The translations under genes and the position numbers were made by a program. Below are positions 28,356-42,099 of a stretch of 64,000 bases of DNA, piece after piece (position 1 is the stretch's first letter; each line of letters opens with the position of its first letter). The stretch spans positions 124,001 through 188,000 of the forward strand of contig NW_026864167.1 of assembly GCF_026571515.1 (NCBI RefSeq), written 5' to 3'. This stretch comes from Ruditapes philippinarum. Lineage: Eukaryota. A model generated the notes under the pieces. The model did not search any database. It saw only the letters and a list, made by a program, of their open reading frames with translations, and was not told the DNA's origin.

Positions 28356-31300
28356 AATATGGTAAATGCTTTACATATTGTCATTACTTCTAGTACTGTT
28401 AACAGGCACATTATTCCTCATTAACAATTCGTTTATTTTCCTTATTTGCAAAATTGCAAACACACGGTTTAATACCTCGAAATAATTGTTTGAATTTATC
28501 ACCGAACGAGAATAGCAATGCATGTGAAATTATTGATTAGAAAAGTAGCAAAATTGAAACAAAGAAGTATTTTGCCTTTCATACACTATTGCCATATAAG
28601 CAACATAAGCAAAATAGTTCAGAAACTACTTTTCACTTAAACCAGAACATACAAAAAAGACTTATTTGACAAAACAAAAACAAACCAAAAACATGTCTGT
28701 GGCATAACATTTAAAAGCTTTATGGATAATTTTAGGAAATACTTCCATTCTTTTTAAAAAAGAAAATCCATTTTAATTTAATTGAACATTTAAGAATGCC
28801 AGGTTTTGACACGATTGTGAGTTTATTTCTTTTTGTTTTCGATTATTAACGTATAAACGAAATTCAATGCAAAGACGATCTTTTATGATGCTATATGTTG
28901 CACTTTTCATATTAATATCATCGTTTACGTCATTTTTATATCGTAACATTAAGGGATGGTTGATGTTTGCAATTAAAAATAGGTCCCTACGATAACGTTT
29001 ATAGTACATACTACCTAGACAGCTGATTAAAAAGACAATAAAGAAAAACCCAAAGACAAAAAATAAGGATAGTCCAATATGTAATAGAACGCATGTTAGC
29101 CAGAGGTCATAGTGGTTGCTAATATGATTCTTTACACAATTTTACTGATATCTAAAGCACATCTAATGCTTAACACAATTAACATTTTGTATTGAAATAC
29201 AAGTACCTTTAATACCCCGGAATGTGATTCGCTTATATAATTTATATAATTTGATACTCCAACTCTAATAAAGATGCAGTTTAAAAGCAAAGTTGCATTC
29301 CAAGCAAATATTCTAGAGCTATAAAGGGCGGTAAAACAATATAAATATAGTGAATACGCTCGCATATAGTACTTAGATAGATAGAGTTCATCTGGCAAAC
29401 TGTCACTGTGACAGTGTTAAGTAAGCGGTAAACAAATTCGATTTTATCTAAATAACTATACTTAAGTGTTGCTAGTGTGTGTTCTTTCTGGTGTTCTTAT
29501 GACGAACCCGCCTTATATTTGGGACGTATATAATATATTTTCTAACGTTAGTATCATTTGTAAAAAAGGTAAGTGGTGTGTTTTAATAAGTCTTTTAATG
29601 TTATATACATTGACATGAAACACATTATATTACTTAATAACCTAAAGCGCAATGACATATTTGGTATGAAAACTTTTTATATAGTTTTACTTGTAATTCA
29701 TGTAATTATACTATTAGAAAAACTAATACAAGGAATATTATAAATTATCAAAAAAAATTAATATATAATTGATTTTCAAAAAATGCATAGCTATGATATC
29801 AAATGATAAAGTTATGATATATGAAAAAATTAGAGAATTTACAGTTGTGAACTCTCTGGTCAGTCCAGTAAGTGGGTCATTTTTCGTGTGGTTGAAATAT
29901 TTCACACCAATTTCCTTGTAATGTGTGATCTACATAGATATATCTAAATTTGCAGTTGTCTTTGTTTAATTTCTAAATCACAGTGTTGTTAAAGAAAAAT
30001 TACCTCAAGGTTAATTTTTAATGATTGGTTTTGATGATTTGATTTAAATGATTGGCATTCTGGTAACAACGGACATGATATGCAAAATGTGAATAGCAAT
30101 GCAAGAAACATGCAACGTGTTCCATGATAAGATCTGAATGTGTAAATTGTTTAAAATTATAGCAAATGTATAAATAAATATTAAACGAATATAAAAAGAT
30201 ATAAAAACGATGGCTCGTAATATACACAAAAGACTTGCTGACTATAGATTTGTTCATTTCTGATAGAAATTTCTTTTTGGATAAACTACCGAATATTTAG
30301 CTACAATTGTATTTACGTGACGCACTTTTATCATTAAAGTTTAAAGACACATTTTTCCCAAAAAGTGAATACATTTTCTTTAGAACGGGCAAATGTCAAT
30401 TTTACAATCATGTTTAAATAATGGTTGAGAGCTTGTTAGATGCGTGATACCTTACTAGCGATAGACACGGATTAATTTTTCATACAAAGGCAAAAAACAG
30501 AGTGGTTTTGTGACTTCCTTATAAAATATAATTAATCACTATAACGATACGAATTGCAAAATTGCAACATAAGCAAAAGATGATCCAGGTAATTTACCAA
30601 TGAGGCTTTTTTTGGGAAACTGTAGAATTACAAGAAAAATATGTAATTAACAAAAATGATAAATAATTAAAGCATTCCAAAGACACAATGGGCCTTAGAG
30701 TTACATCTAACCTTCTGATAGAACCCACAACGGTCTAAAGGATTGTAAAGGCTTTCTTGAATATATTTTGAAACATTACGCTAACGAAAACGTTATAGCA
30801 AACTAGCGCTTTTTCGACGTTCTCAATAAGAACGATTAGATATTTTCTCTGTGATGATGTTAAAACAACAACATAATCAACACTTTTTTTCCTAAAATGT
30901 TTAATATTTTTTGGCATGTTTAACCTAGGATATTAATGAAAACATTCCTCTAATCTGCAAGTTTTCAAAAAGAATTTTAGAACGCCTCTTCTTAAGACTG
31001 GAACAACGCCATGTATTTACTTAAAATTACATTGTCCATCAGACAAATTACTACAATAGAAGATGATGTGCTAAGAAACATTAAGGTAATTCCGTTAGTT
31101 ATGTTAAGATGTAACATGATTAAGTGGCGAAGCGTTTCGGCCTTGTGCATTTATTATGTCTTCAAACCACCAATCGATTTCCCAAATGTATTGTTTTTAT
31201 TCAGACTGTCAATCAATAAGATGATGAATAAATTTTGGACAATTTTGATAAGAATTGTACTTGATTTAAAAATAAGTGGAAATCGACGAGAAAAACTGAA

Positions 31301-31399
31301 AAGTAAATAGGTTCATTATTCAAAATTATCATCATGAATCAATTATCAAAGTTTTATTATTTATTATTATTAATTTATTATTTTACTATATGTTAATGT

Positions 31400-34300
31400 A
31401 TTATCGCAGTTGCTAATATTCTATCTACAAACGGGAGAAATAGACGTCAATATATAGAATATCTTAATTGCATCTTGGATGGTTAATTAATAATGCATTC
31501 TGCTTTCTTTACACGTATGATCAACAGAAGCATGCTTATCGGCTGTTTAACAGTAGTATCTGTATTATCGACGTACTTAAAGTTTCCTTTATATCTGCAT
31601 TGAATTCCATTGATGATTTTAATAATCAATATTCTTGTGAAGCAGAACAAATTCAACTAATCATTACATTTCTTTATTGAATGACGTCAAAGATTTTTAA
31701 CTTTAACGTGTTCATGGCTGCACATGTTAAAATACTATGAGTATGTCAGAAATAGAGTTGCACCGATAATACAGAGTTAGAGTATATATTATATATGAAG
31801 TATCGTTTAAAAAATATGTTGGTTTCTTGAAATAAATGATTCTTGTTTGCTATATCAAGTTTCAAAGCAGGTCAAAACAAACCCTTAGTAACATACACAT
31901 GCTTGTATTTTTGAAGGTGAGTGAGGCATGCAATTTAAAGATACATCTAAATATCTTGAAAAGACTGTAAAAATTGAAAACCAAAAATTTTCTTATGCAA
32001 ACTTTCATACCACACATTAAAAGATGAAATAAATTTTGACTTGAAAAGCATGCTATTATTCATCACATATAAATTAACAGAAACATGATAGTGTTTATTA
32101 TAAAAAAAAACTATCGTTTTATCAATGCTGTTGAAAGAATAAAACAATAATTTACTGCCGCGGTTTGTGACAGAGACAAAAGTGTTTTTAACAAGGGTCA
32201 TGAGATTAATATTTCACATTGTAGTAGGAGGGAATGACGTAAACGACAATTCTTTTGGGAGGCAAGGAAAGATTATTTTCCTGTACGTATAATGATATAT
32301 CAAATTGCAATCTTTTGTTTAATATTTTCCATATAAGACAATGTTTGTCACTGTTTCTAGGATACAAACTATCAATTTGGAATTGTTGCTTTTTTTTTCT
32401 TTCTTATTTTTAAGGAAACACAAATCAACATCTTCTTTGATTTATGAATGTGACGCATATTGAGATAAATTTGCTGTGTTTAGTAAAGATTACATTTCAG
32501 ACAGTATGGCATCAAGTCCATTTATTTCATAGAGATTTAAAAGACATATTATCCAAACAAACAAGATGAGTTTGGTTTGTAAGAAAACTGGCTTAAAATG
32601 TATTGATATATTCCATATTGAGTTAAAAAGAGGGCATGTTTAAAAAACTTACTATAATGATTTTTGTTTCGTTAATAACCCCATGAATTAATAATAGCAG
32701 TTTTTTGCAATAAATTCGAATTCTAACTAATTCAAGATATGCTTTTAAAAAATCTTAATTTTCAGTAAATGAAATTTACCAGCATGTTGCGTAAACTCGT
32801 GTTTGATAGTTTACTCATTTGAAATTATGCAAAATGTGCAGAAATATTTAAAGCATCATAATTCATTATTTTCGTGCAAATTAATACATCTACTTCCAGT
32901 AGTGACCCTTATAGAGAACATTGAAGTAAGTTTACACGTTGAAAAATTGTGTATATAGGATTTTTTTTGCAAAATGACTTAACATGAAATAACAAAGATT
33001 AATCTAGTTTCATTATGTTGTATTTATCACTTTCGTGTAAATGCTAAACGCGGGAGATATTATTTCAATGATACTATTTCATTACTCTTAACGAATTGTC
33101 CAGAGGCAACAATTATTGAATTGTAATTTCATATCATTATCAGTATGTTTTTAATATAATCATCATTATGGCTTTAATTTGTTAAAAGCAATATCAATAT
33201 GAAAATGGAAGAATAACTACAACAAAATGGTATATCATACATTATTAACCATAGCAGCGTATGAAGTCACTTATTATAACAGTACCTCTAGTTCAGGAAA
33301 TGAAAGCTACACCATTGGATGGATATTTATAATAAATAATACAAGTTGTGATTATCATTTAAAAAAAAAAACAAACGGTAGGTAAGATCTTTGATATACT
33401 ATACTTGTTTACACCTAATGACGTGAAACTATTTTAGTAACTTATCAAGACCTGTAAGTGTGTATTATATAAACAAAGAATATTTGTTGACGAATAGTAA
33501 TAAGTTTTTTATAAGAATGACATATGTGCTTCATGTAAAACATATAATTAATGACACAATTGTCAATGATATTTGAAAAATTACTGTGTCAATGATATTT
33601 GAAAAATTACTGTGTGGTAACATTTATAATATCATAATATCATAACAGTTAAAATATCATTATTCTGATGAGTGTTATTTCTTTGAAAGCGTCTTGAACA
33701 GAGTTGCATTACTGGTACTGGTACTGCAGTACGTACTGCGGTGATTTTGCAAGTACTGGTACTGATACTGAATTACTCTTACAAAATTTTGCTACTACTG
33801 TTATTGGTACTGCATTACTGTCTTAAAAAGTGGTACTGCTACTACATTACCCAGTCCTTTTGGTTTTGATAAAAATTAAAAATAACATCAATTTTTCTCA
33901 TAAATTAAAGCTGTAAATTACATTTACTAAATTTAATTTTTGTGAAAAAGTAAGTTATCAAATCTAAAGATCATTTGCTGCAATATTCCTTCAAATGTTA
34001 ACATAGTATTCATCATAAAAAGCACCAAAGACTTTAAGTAAAAATTAAATTAAGATAAACAGACTCAATAACTCTTTACCCTAAAATATCCTTATAAAAA
34101 TCTTTTCTTACGTTGTATTTACTAGTAAAAGAGCAAAATAAACACTAATTAATTTCTTCTATTCTAAATAATTCCATTTCAAGTGAAAAAGGTGATATTT
34201 TTAGCACAATAAAAAGTTGTTTTTACTTTGGTATAAATTGAAGGTGTGAAGGTGTGAAAGGCAACAAAAGACTGTTGTGTTTTTTAAATGAAAGATGTAT

Positions 34301-35470
34301 GCATTGTCTTCATACAGTTGACTGGTTACTAAACAATTAGATTTGACATGAATATATGCTGTAAATATTGTTTGTAAAAAGTATGTTGAAACTATAAAGT
34401 TGTATAAATGTTATGTTAACTCAAAAGTAAATTATGATTTTATTTCTTTGCTGAATAATATTAGCAATTATTTGTTTGACACTGTATTTATTCAAACTTT
34501 GATGAATATAATTATAAAAGTAATGGTACTGATACTTAATTACTTCACCAAAAAAAGTACTGGTACTGCAGTACCGAACTAAAATCTAGTACTGGTACGG
34601 GTAATGGTACTGTATAATTTGCCAAGTACTGGTACTGGTACTTAAGTACTACACCCTTAGAACTGATGCAGCTCTGGTTTTGAATGTAATCAAGTTGGAG
34701 ATGTAACAACAATTTTATATTGATTCATTTTTATGTCATTGGGTATTCTGGAATTTTTTATTTAACCTTTCATAGATTTAGTAACATTGATTTTCATTAG
34801 ACAATGATCTTCATGGTGTCTATATACGCTGCAATTCTAAAAACAATGTGAATTAAAAACAGGCATACATTATTATATATTTTAAAAAGACAATTCTTTC
34901 GAGGCATATGGCCGTATTAATATATTTTTGTAAATAACATATATTCAATACTTTCAATCAGTATTTAAAAAATATAAAAGCATTGATTATTTCATGTGTT
35001 TACTGTAAGCTGTAAGTTTATGTCTATGAACGATCGGCATCCTTATAATTCCTTCTCGAATGAATTTTCAATTTGAATCCATATACATAAAGATTTAGAC
35101 AATTACAAAATGTCATGGACAGGTCAATGCGATGAAAGCAATCGCATAAAATGTGCTAATGTATCACCATCTAAATAACTTCAATTGTTACATGTATGTA
35201 AAATGTAAGTAAACTGTTAAATAATTAACTGTTGATAAGGTATTAAAATAGATTCAAGCCCTTAATCATTATGTAAAAAAGACAACTCTGTCCAGGGGAT
35301 CTGTATAAAGCAATTAAGTAGATCGTGTTTTTGTTAATAAAAACTAATATTATTCCATATTAAGATGAATATATGCAAACAAGGTTGTCTTATTTTTAGA
35401 TGTTTATGCACAATGCCAACTGATATAGCGATTCCATGTGAAATAAAGAATAAGACTTAACAAAGACATG
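31400..35470 (-). pseudogene. M3 copy c, interrupted by the hAT-type element
   Basis: LYPRNSDKHCLIW at 32329-32367. ORF 31947-32201 preserves ...NLYVMNNSMLFKSKF...VWYESL. Confidence 0.7.
33699..34676. mobile_element. Non-autonomous hAT-type DNA transposon with (GGTACT)n subterminal repeats
   Basis: TIR cagagttgcat / atgcagctctg. 8-bp TSD gtcttgaa / gttttgaa (1 mismatch). Empty site gtcttgaa at ~15328. Confidence 0.85.
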
Positions 35471-35649
35471 GTACAGTATGAAAAGAAAACTATTATAGAT
35501 TGTTCCTAAAATGAATAGCACTGTATACTAATGTAACATGCACGTATACCAATCTAAATGTTTGCAATACATTAAATATGTTACGATATTTGCCTGTTTA
35601 AACAGGGAACAGCAACATTATTTATATCCATATCATTACCTTGCATCGT

Positions 35650-38600
35650 ATTGAAAGACATTTCATACATGTACTGATGAAAAACACACAGGTGTCAAAA
35701 CTAGCAATGCGATTGATGAAAATGATACTTTTGTATCACAATTGTACGTCAATCTGACTATAGTTCAGATCTTCTTATTTCTTACATGTAGGTCTGATTG
35801 CGATCGTATATGTTCCGCCTTCATTGTTGTTGGGATTATCGGTGAAGGCTATTTTTTTAGCCATGCAATCAAACTGTCCTTTACAGATAAGCATAAGACG
35901 AAGTATTTAAAGAAATTAAACAAATTGTTGATTTTGTTAGACAAAAATCTTTGGAGTAATTTTATAATCTGGAAATAATAGACTCAATTTTAAATGGGCA
36001 AGATTGTTTTACTATAAAACTAATAAATACATAAAAAATCTATTGAAAATCGAAACGTTTTAAAAAATTGTGAAAGCTCGACGATGATTGGTTGTTTAAA
36101 AGGTCACGAGAAGGTCACAAATTATTGGTTGTCGCCTGGTTCTAATGCGTATCGTTATTTTGGATCGTAATTTTTAATCAATCGACTGATTTTTACGTCA
36201 AACTTATATGAGGAATATTAGGCGTCCAAGAGATTGTTTCGTTTGCTTGAGTGTACCTTTTGTTTTGTTTTGCATGCATACTTTACTTGCAAAACACTTG
36301 TTTAATGAATAAGGTAATTTCTTAACATTACATACATAAACTTATTTTTGAAACTTTCTTACTCAGTTTTGTTGTACCATTTTAAATATGAGTTTAAATA
36401 CTATACACAATGAGGGTTTGACTTAAAAATTAGATAATTACATGTACCTTGACAAAACTTTCCATATCATACAGAAACTGCGTTTAAATATGCAGCAGAC
36501 GGCGAATATTCAAATTACTTCAGTACATCCGCAGAACGCTACTCAGTTCACTCTATAAACATAAAGACATCAATATTTATTTGACAAATTAAGACACGCA
36601 GCGCGTGAACAACCTTTTACTGAATTGCTTTTACCACCATAGAGACGATTTAACATATAGATTCTACTAGAAACTATTCATGTACTAATCAAATATAAGA
36701 TTAAAAGTGTGTAAAGCTATATCTAATATCCACTGTCTGTGGATAACAAACTAATTGTATGAACTTTAAAAAAGAATAATTAGTTAATATCAGTATGAAA
36801 CAAATAAGTTTGTATATTTGCCTAGAAGCAAATGATGTATTCTAAATGGTTGAAACGCTACATAACACGCCCGGCAAACTGTCGCTCCACTTCAAAATTG
36901 TGGTGTACGGTAAAACGAGCGAACGGCATTTCCGAGATAGAGCGGAAGGCCGATTTAAACGCCTAATTGTAAGTAGTGTTTACGTTTTTGTCTTGTTATT
37001 CATTTAAATTGTATTTTTTCGAAAAACGGAAAATGTGGTTCCGTGTAGGATTGATTTAGGCTTCCAATGATCTAAGCTGTTACAAAAAGAATTTATATTA
37101 AGCCCTGGAGAACTTTTCTCCCTGACGAAGCGAACGATGATTTGTAGAATATTGAACTTCCCAACCATAGAAATGCCATACCTTTCGGATTTCTTGAAAA
37201 AGTGTATTAGTAAATTATCAACCCGTAATAAGAACTTGTCCTTCGTGCAAAATAAATTACTCCTGAAGGATTTCTTAAATTTGTAAATCGATTTTTTTCG
37301 AAAGTAGTGTAGCGAAAGGGCGAGAGATGGAGCAAAAGGTTCGATGTTGAGCGCAAGGCGATATTAATTTGACGTATTAGGAGGAGCGTAGTCAATGATT
37401 TTTATAAATAAAAACTATAGAAGTTAAAATAGACATGATCAAGTGTTAAAACCGAGATATATATACCTTTTAAAGAGAAGTAATAAAGTTTGATATCCTT
37501 TCAACAACTATAGCGTAATTACTGTAATCGCGAAGGTGTCACCTATGGCTGTCGTGTAGATTCCATTATTTATGTTCGAAATTTGGATGAGGCCCGACCA
37601 TTGAATCATACACATTTATGCATGGCATAATACAGGATGCCACTTATTCGAAGTCAATCATGATTTTGATACAGTTATTTACATTTGAAAACGTGTGTCC
37701 GTGCAAATGCGACAAAATCGAATATTTTTAGTTCTACCGCGAACAAATGTTTCCGAGCAGGTACGTGTAACTCGATTGTTTACGCCAAAATGTTATGTTT
37801 TTCGAAAAGTTAGATTTTCAAGGTGCAGAACAGAAACAAAATTATGCAATGCATGGAACACATTAAATTATATTGATCACTACTACCAAGTTCAGTTCAC
37901 AATGACTTTCTGTAATTAATAGCTCTAAAGTACCTGTTCTGAGCAAAAACACAAATAAGTCACGTTTTCATGAAATTGTAAGGTGGGGAATCGCTATGAA
38001 AATGGTTGACAAGATGTCAGTCGTTATAAGGATAAAAACACGTGTTCCAGTTATGTTTCAAGATACTTCCTCCTTTATTTAGCACTGTTGTTTAGTTTAT
38101 TATTTTCCTCTCAAAGTGAGGCAGAACTCAGTCGGTGTACGGACTAAAATTATCAATAATATAATAGACCTAGTTATAGTAGAAATTTCTATTTACACTT
38201 TCAGACAAAAATAATACTAGTAAACTAAACAACAATGCTAAATAAGGGAGGAAGTACCTTGAAACATATCTGGAACACGTGTTATATCCTTATAACGACT
38301 GACACCTTGTCAACCATTTTCATAGCGATTCCCCACCTTACAAATTCAGTGGCATCCAAATCATCGTTCGCTTCGTCAGGGAGAAAATTTCCCCCGGGCT
38401 TAATATAATTTTCTTTTTGAAACAGCTTAGATAATCGGAATCCTAAATCAATCCTACACGGAACCACATTTTCCGTTTTTCGAAAAAATACAATTTAAAT
38501 GAATAACAAGACAAAAACATAAACAATACTTACAATTAGGCGTTTAAATCGGCCTTCCGCTCTATCTCGGAAATGCGTTCGCTCGTTTTACCGTACACCA

Positions 38601-39950
38601 CAATTTTGAAGTGGAGCGACAGTTTGCCGGGCGTGATAAGCTTGCAGCATAATTTTTTGTCCCGGATAATGTTTATCTTTTTCAGCACAATATGTATTTG
38701 GACTAAACAAACAAAAAATTATTTTATGTAATACCTTAAGGTTATAAACAACAACATTGTGTTACCGTTTAAATATCTAATAAAATAGATTTCATTTGAT
38801 ACATGTACATGTATATTTATACATGTAATTATAACCTTTAAAATGACTGAACATTATTTTGCCATAAATTTATAATTCTTGTCTGCGTATCCCGACTTAT
38901 ACTATTAAATAGTAAGTTTGTGATAAATTTGTATATTTATAGTCCTGAATTTTTCTAAAGCAAAAATAATCATATAACTTAAAGCTTGTCATATTTAAAT
39001 TCACTGATCTGTGTTTCAACTTAATGCATAAATACATATTATGATTTCAATAAAATGCTTTTATACCCAATATAATTGAAATTATGCTATTTAATGATGT
39101 TGCTCATATGTTGTGTAACCAGAACTTACAAATTATGTTTATACATCAAACTAAGATAAATTGTGTTGTCCAGTTTTGATTCAATAAAACGTCCACCAGG
39201 ATTTTCTTCTCAGAAAAAATGATAAAACAGGGAACAACTTACACTACCACGTGTATGATAAATGGTTGTATCACATCACTCTTCTTGCCGAATTCGTGTT
39301 TTTTCTTCAGACAATATAGTCAACTGTTCTTAAAAATATTCGCGATTTAACATAACAAGGAAAATGAGTGGTAATGTAAAGGAAAATACTCTCAATTTTA
39401 AGTTTACACTTTTTTCATCGATTGTTTGGTCATTGATAAGAATATCTAGCATGTTATCAAATTATTTTATATATGCTAACTATAAACATATTAATGAAGT
39501 ACGATTGTTCTCGACTCTTTTCAACCAGTACTATTCAAAACAAAAAGCGGATTTTACCAGCGCATTCAGCAAATTTAGATCAATACTGCAATAATGCGCC
39601 TTTGATAATCAGACACGCCGAGTTCTCCAAGGAAGAGATTAACCTGATATTTTGTTACAAGTTCATGACAAAATGTCTTGTATATGTGACCATGAAACGA
39701 AAATGAACGAAAGGTTTTCCTGGTATGACTGAATATGCCTATATTCCACACCTCGGTCAAAATGGCCTGTTCCTTTGAAAGCTACGGTAAATCAAATAAA
39801 ATTATTAGTAGAAAATTAGTGTAAAACTTTTTAAAAATTGAATTATAAAGATTGAAGTGATTTTATCAAGACTGTAATCAGTTAGCTACTACTGATCAAA
39901 GTTCGTTTGAAACTGTTACATAATAATACGTTATGTTTTTGGACGATCAT
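35650..39950 (+). pseudogene. Unknown family member M6, interrupted by the foldback element (5' part copied at ~18850-19430; 3' part at ~50210-51495 and ~61325-62615)
   Basis: DDDWLF near 36080 (weak motif I match). After the TE: NVHQDFLL..YHVYDKWLY, ANYKH..LFNQYY..FTSAF, and WPVPLKATVNQI (ATVNQI at 39781-39798), colinear with the 3' part of M3. Confidence 0.6.
36866..38635. mobile_element. Foldback-type non-autonomous DNA transposon with 4-bp TSD (ATAA); left arm split by an ~825-bp insert
   Basis: 36866-37144 pairs with 38357-38635 (cacgcccggcaaac.../...gtttgccgggcgtg). 37972-38100 pairs with 38221-38346. ataa flanks both ends. Confidence 0.88.
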
Positions 39951-40049
39951 ATGAAGATGTTAACTTTGATTTGTATGTTTTTGTTACACTAAAGTGTGAT
40001 TTAGCTGCGTAAAAAACATCAAATCTAAAGGTACTTTACAAGAAATAAG

Positions 40050-41950
40050 GTTTTGTTTAATTTAAAATGTAAAACTTTATAGTAATGTCTTATTTTATGA
40101 GATAGACCAAACGTTTTATAAACTTCTAATAAAGTTTAAACAGAGAAAATTGCATTGTATTTATGAAGCCTACCAAGTTATGTTGGTATAAATTATGGGC
40201 ATGAAGTTATAAGTTTGCAGTTGTGAAAGCTTATTTATTATTAAAGTGTTGTTTTTTTTAAGAGAAAAGTATTCTCTTAAAGATTCAGTAAGTTTCAAGT
40301 CTAGATAAAGAAAGAAAGAAAGTAAATAAAATATATAAACAGATGATATTAAAATGTTACACTGTATAGCAGACGCATTTTATAATTCAATCAGATTGCC
40401 TGTAACATTTGATCATTGCGACAATGGGCGTTCATCCATTTTTTGTCTTCCATTGTATTGCACGATGGTCTTCTTTTGAACACTTTTAATTTACACCAGA
40501 ACCCGATGTCCCACGCATATGTAGTTTCTATTGAATCTATATTCATCAATATTTATAATAGTTTAAATCAAATCAATTGTATTTTAAACTGACAAATAAA
40601 AACCAATTTTTCATTACAATTATTAATTATATTCATATTTGTCAGACACAATATTTGCAAATACATATGTTATAGAACAGATGTTTTTATAAAAGCATGT
40701 TGCTGATAATTGTGATCTGTGCCTGTAACAATTATATTAACATATTTGGAAGTATTACTAAATTGATCTTTTTTTCCTAATAAATAGCACCAAGTAGACA
40801 AACATTTTTAAATTTATAATTTAGTGAATTCATTTTTAACATTGAATTGCTAAGCATTCTTTCCTTACATACAAAATACAAAGTTATACTAATTATTTTA
40901 CTAGTTATTGAAGTGCAACTATTCACATAACTACATGCTCTTTTTTCAGAAGTAGACTTTAATAACATAACTATTGATAAAGTTATAAAATCAAAAATAT
41001 TGTGATGTAAAACCAATATGACGATAGCAAACAGATAATTGGCAAGTCTTAGGTTTCAGATTGTTCTACTCTAAACATGATAAGTGCAATATTAACAAAT
41101 GGTTTTAAACTGAGTAAACAGTTATTTAAACATTTAGATGGTTATAACGATTAAAGACAGTAATCTGATGATATTAATGTCAATGGAAATACACTTTGTA
41201 TTGTTATACTAAGCTTAGATTTGTTATTGATTTGAAAAAAGGCATCAAGAGGTTATGCAGAAAAGTTCATTTAGCTGAGCATTGGATTTCAAATAAGCAT
41301 ACGTGGTTAAAACTCCTCTGGGGCATTAAATTGGAATCAAAATTATTACTGAACTAAATTTCAAAATAATATGCCATAGTCATACAGAGAAAATCAAATT
41401 ATTTGTAAGTACACGTATGTTTTAGTATCGTAACCACACATCCAAATGAACTATATGTATGGATGTAGGGATTATTTAACCCATTACGTCATGAGCATTT
41501 TGTGAAAAATGGCTGTTTTCATTGAAAAATATCCCGTTACAAGTTAAAATTGCTATAATACTATGAAAATTTCTTCAATACTAATCACACTTTGCTCAAA
41601 TGTTAACTGAACCATTGCCTTTGTAACGAATTGCTCAGTTTAAAAATTTCTGTTGAAATGGCCACGAGGGGACATCTCAAAATTGCCAAAAATCAGTATT
41701 TTGCGTTGATTTTTCGATCAAAATCGATTTCAAAGTGCTGCAACTTCTCAATAGATTCAGATGGAGTCAAACGTTTTTAGCGTTGGTTACACGTTACTTT
41801 ATGATCGACCTGGCGTCATTTTCAGCCTCTCACAAGTCCAAAACTTTCTTGGCCATTTGAAACTTCAAAAGGGGGGCGTAAAAAGGCGTGTTTATCAGGT
41901 AATGGGTTTAACATCGTTGATGAAATATACTTGCGATTAACTACTTGCGA
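40050..41950 (-). pseudogene. Unknown family member M7 (copy at ~52750-54500)
   Basis: ORF 40777-41016 contains MLSNSMLK, matching VMNNSMLF of M3. In the second copy NRYYHLNV near 54100 matches NRRLYPLNM of M10' at about the expected distance. Confidence 0.5.
41480..41906. mobile_element. piggyBac-like non-autonomous element, private to B1
   Basis: TIR cccattac / gtaatggg, inserted at TTAA (right copy reads ttta). Empty site gattatttaaacatcg at ~54411. Confidence 0.8.
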
Positions 41951-42099
41951 TAACATACCCGAATCTCTATTTTATCGTGCATATTTGTTTCAGTATTGTT
42001 AGATTTTTTAATGTTTGCTTGAATATGATAACTGAAGCTATATCCGCGTCGGATTTCAGCATAAATTGACACATTACCGTTAAAAAGATATTTAAATTT

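Larger units (their letters stand above)
19420..36226 (+). repeat. Tandem segmental duplication unit A, copy 2 (~16.8 kb), containing copies of M1 (3' half), M2, M5, M4, M3 and the 5' part of M6
   Basis: Colinear with 2000-19435; differs by private insertions, deletions and duplications. Confidence 0.95.

Noticed and set aside
31011-31310. 99-aa plus-strand ORF
   Set aside because: It is antisense to the M4 copy and is broken in A1, so it is probably a shadow frame.
33699-34676. Short repeated units (GGTACT here, CCGCAAAACGT at 5572-7530) as CRISPR-like arrays
   Set aside because: No constant repeat with unique spacers, no cas genes, eukaryotic context; these are subterminal repeats of transposons.
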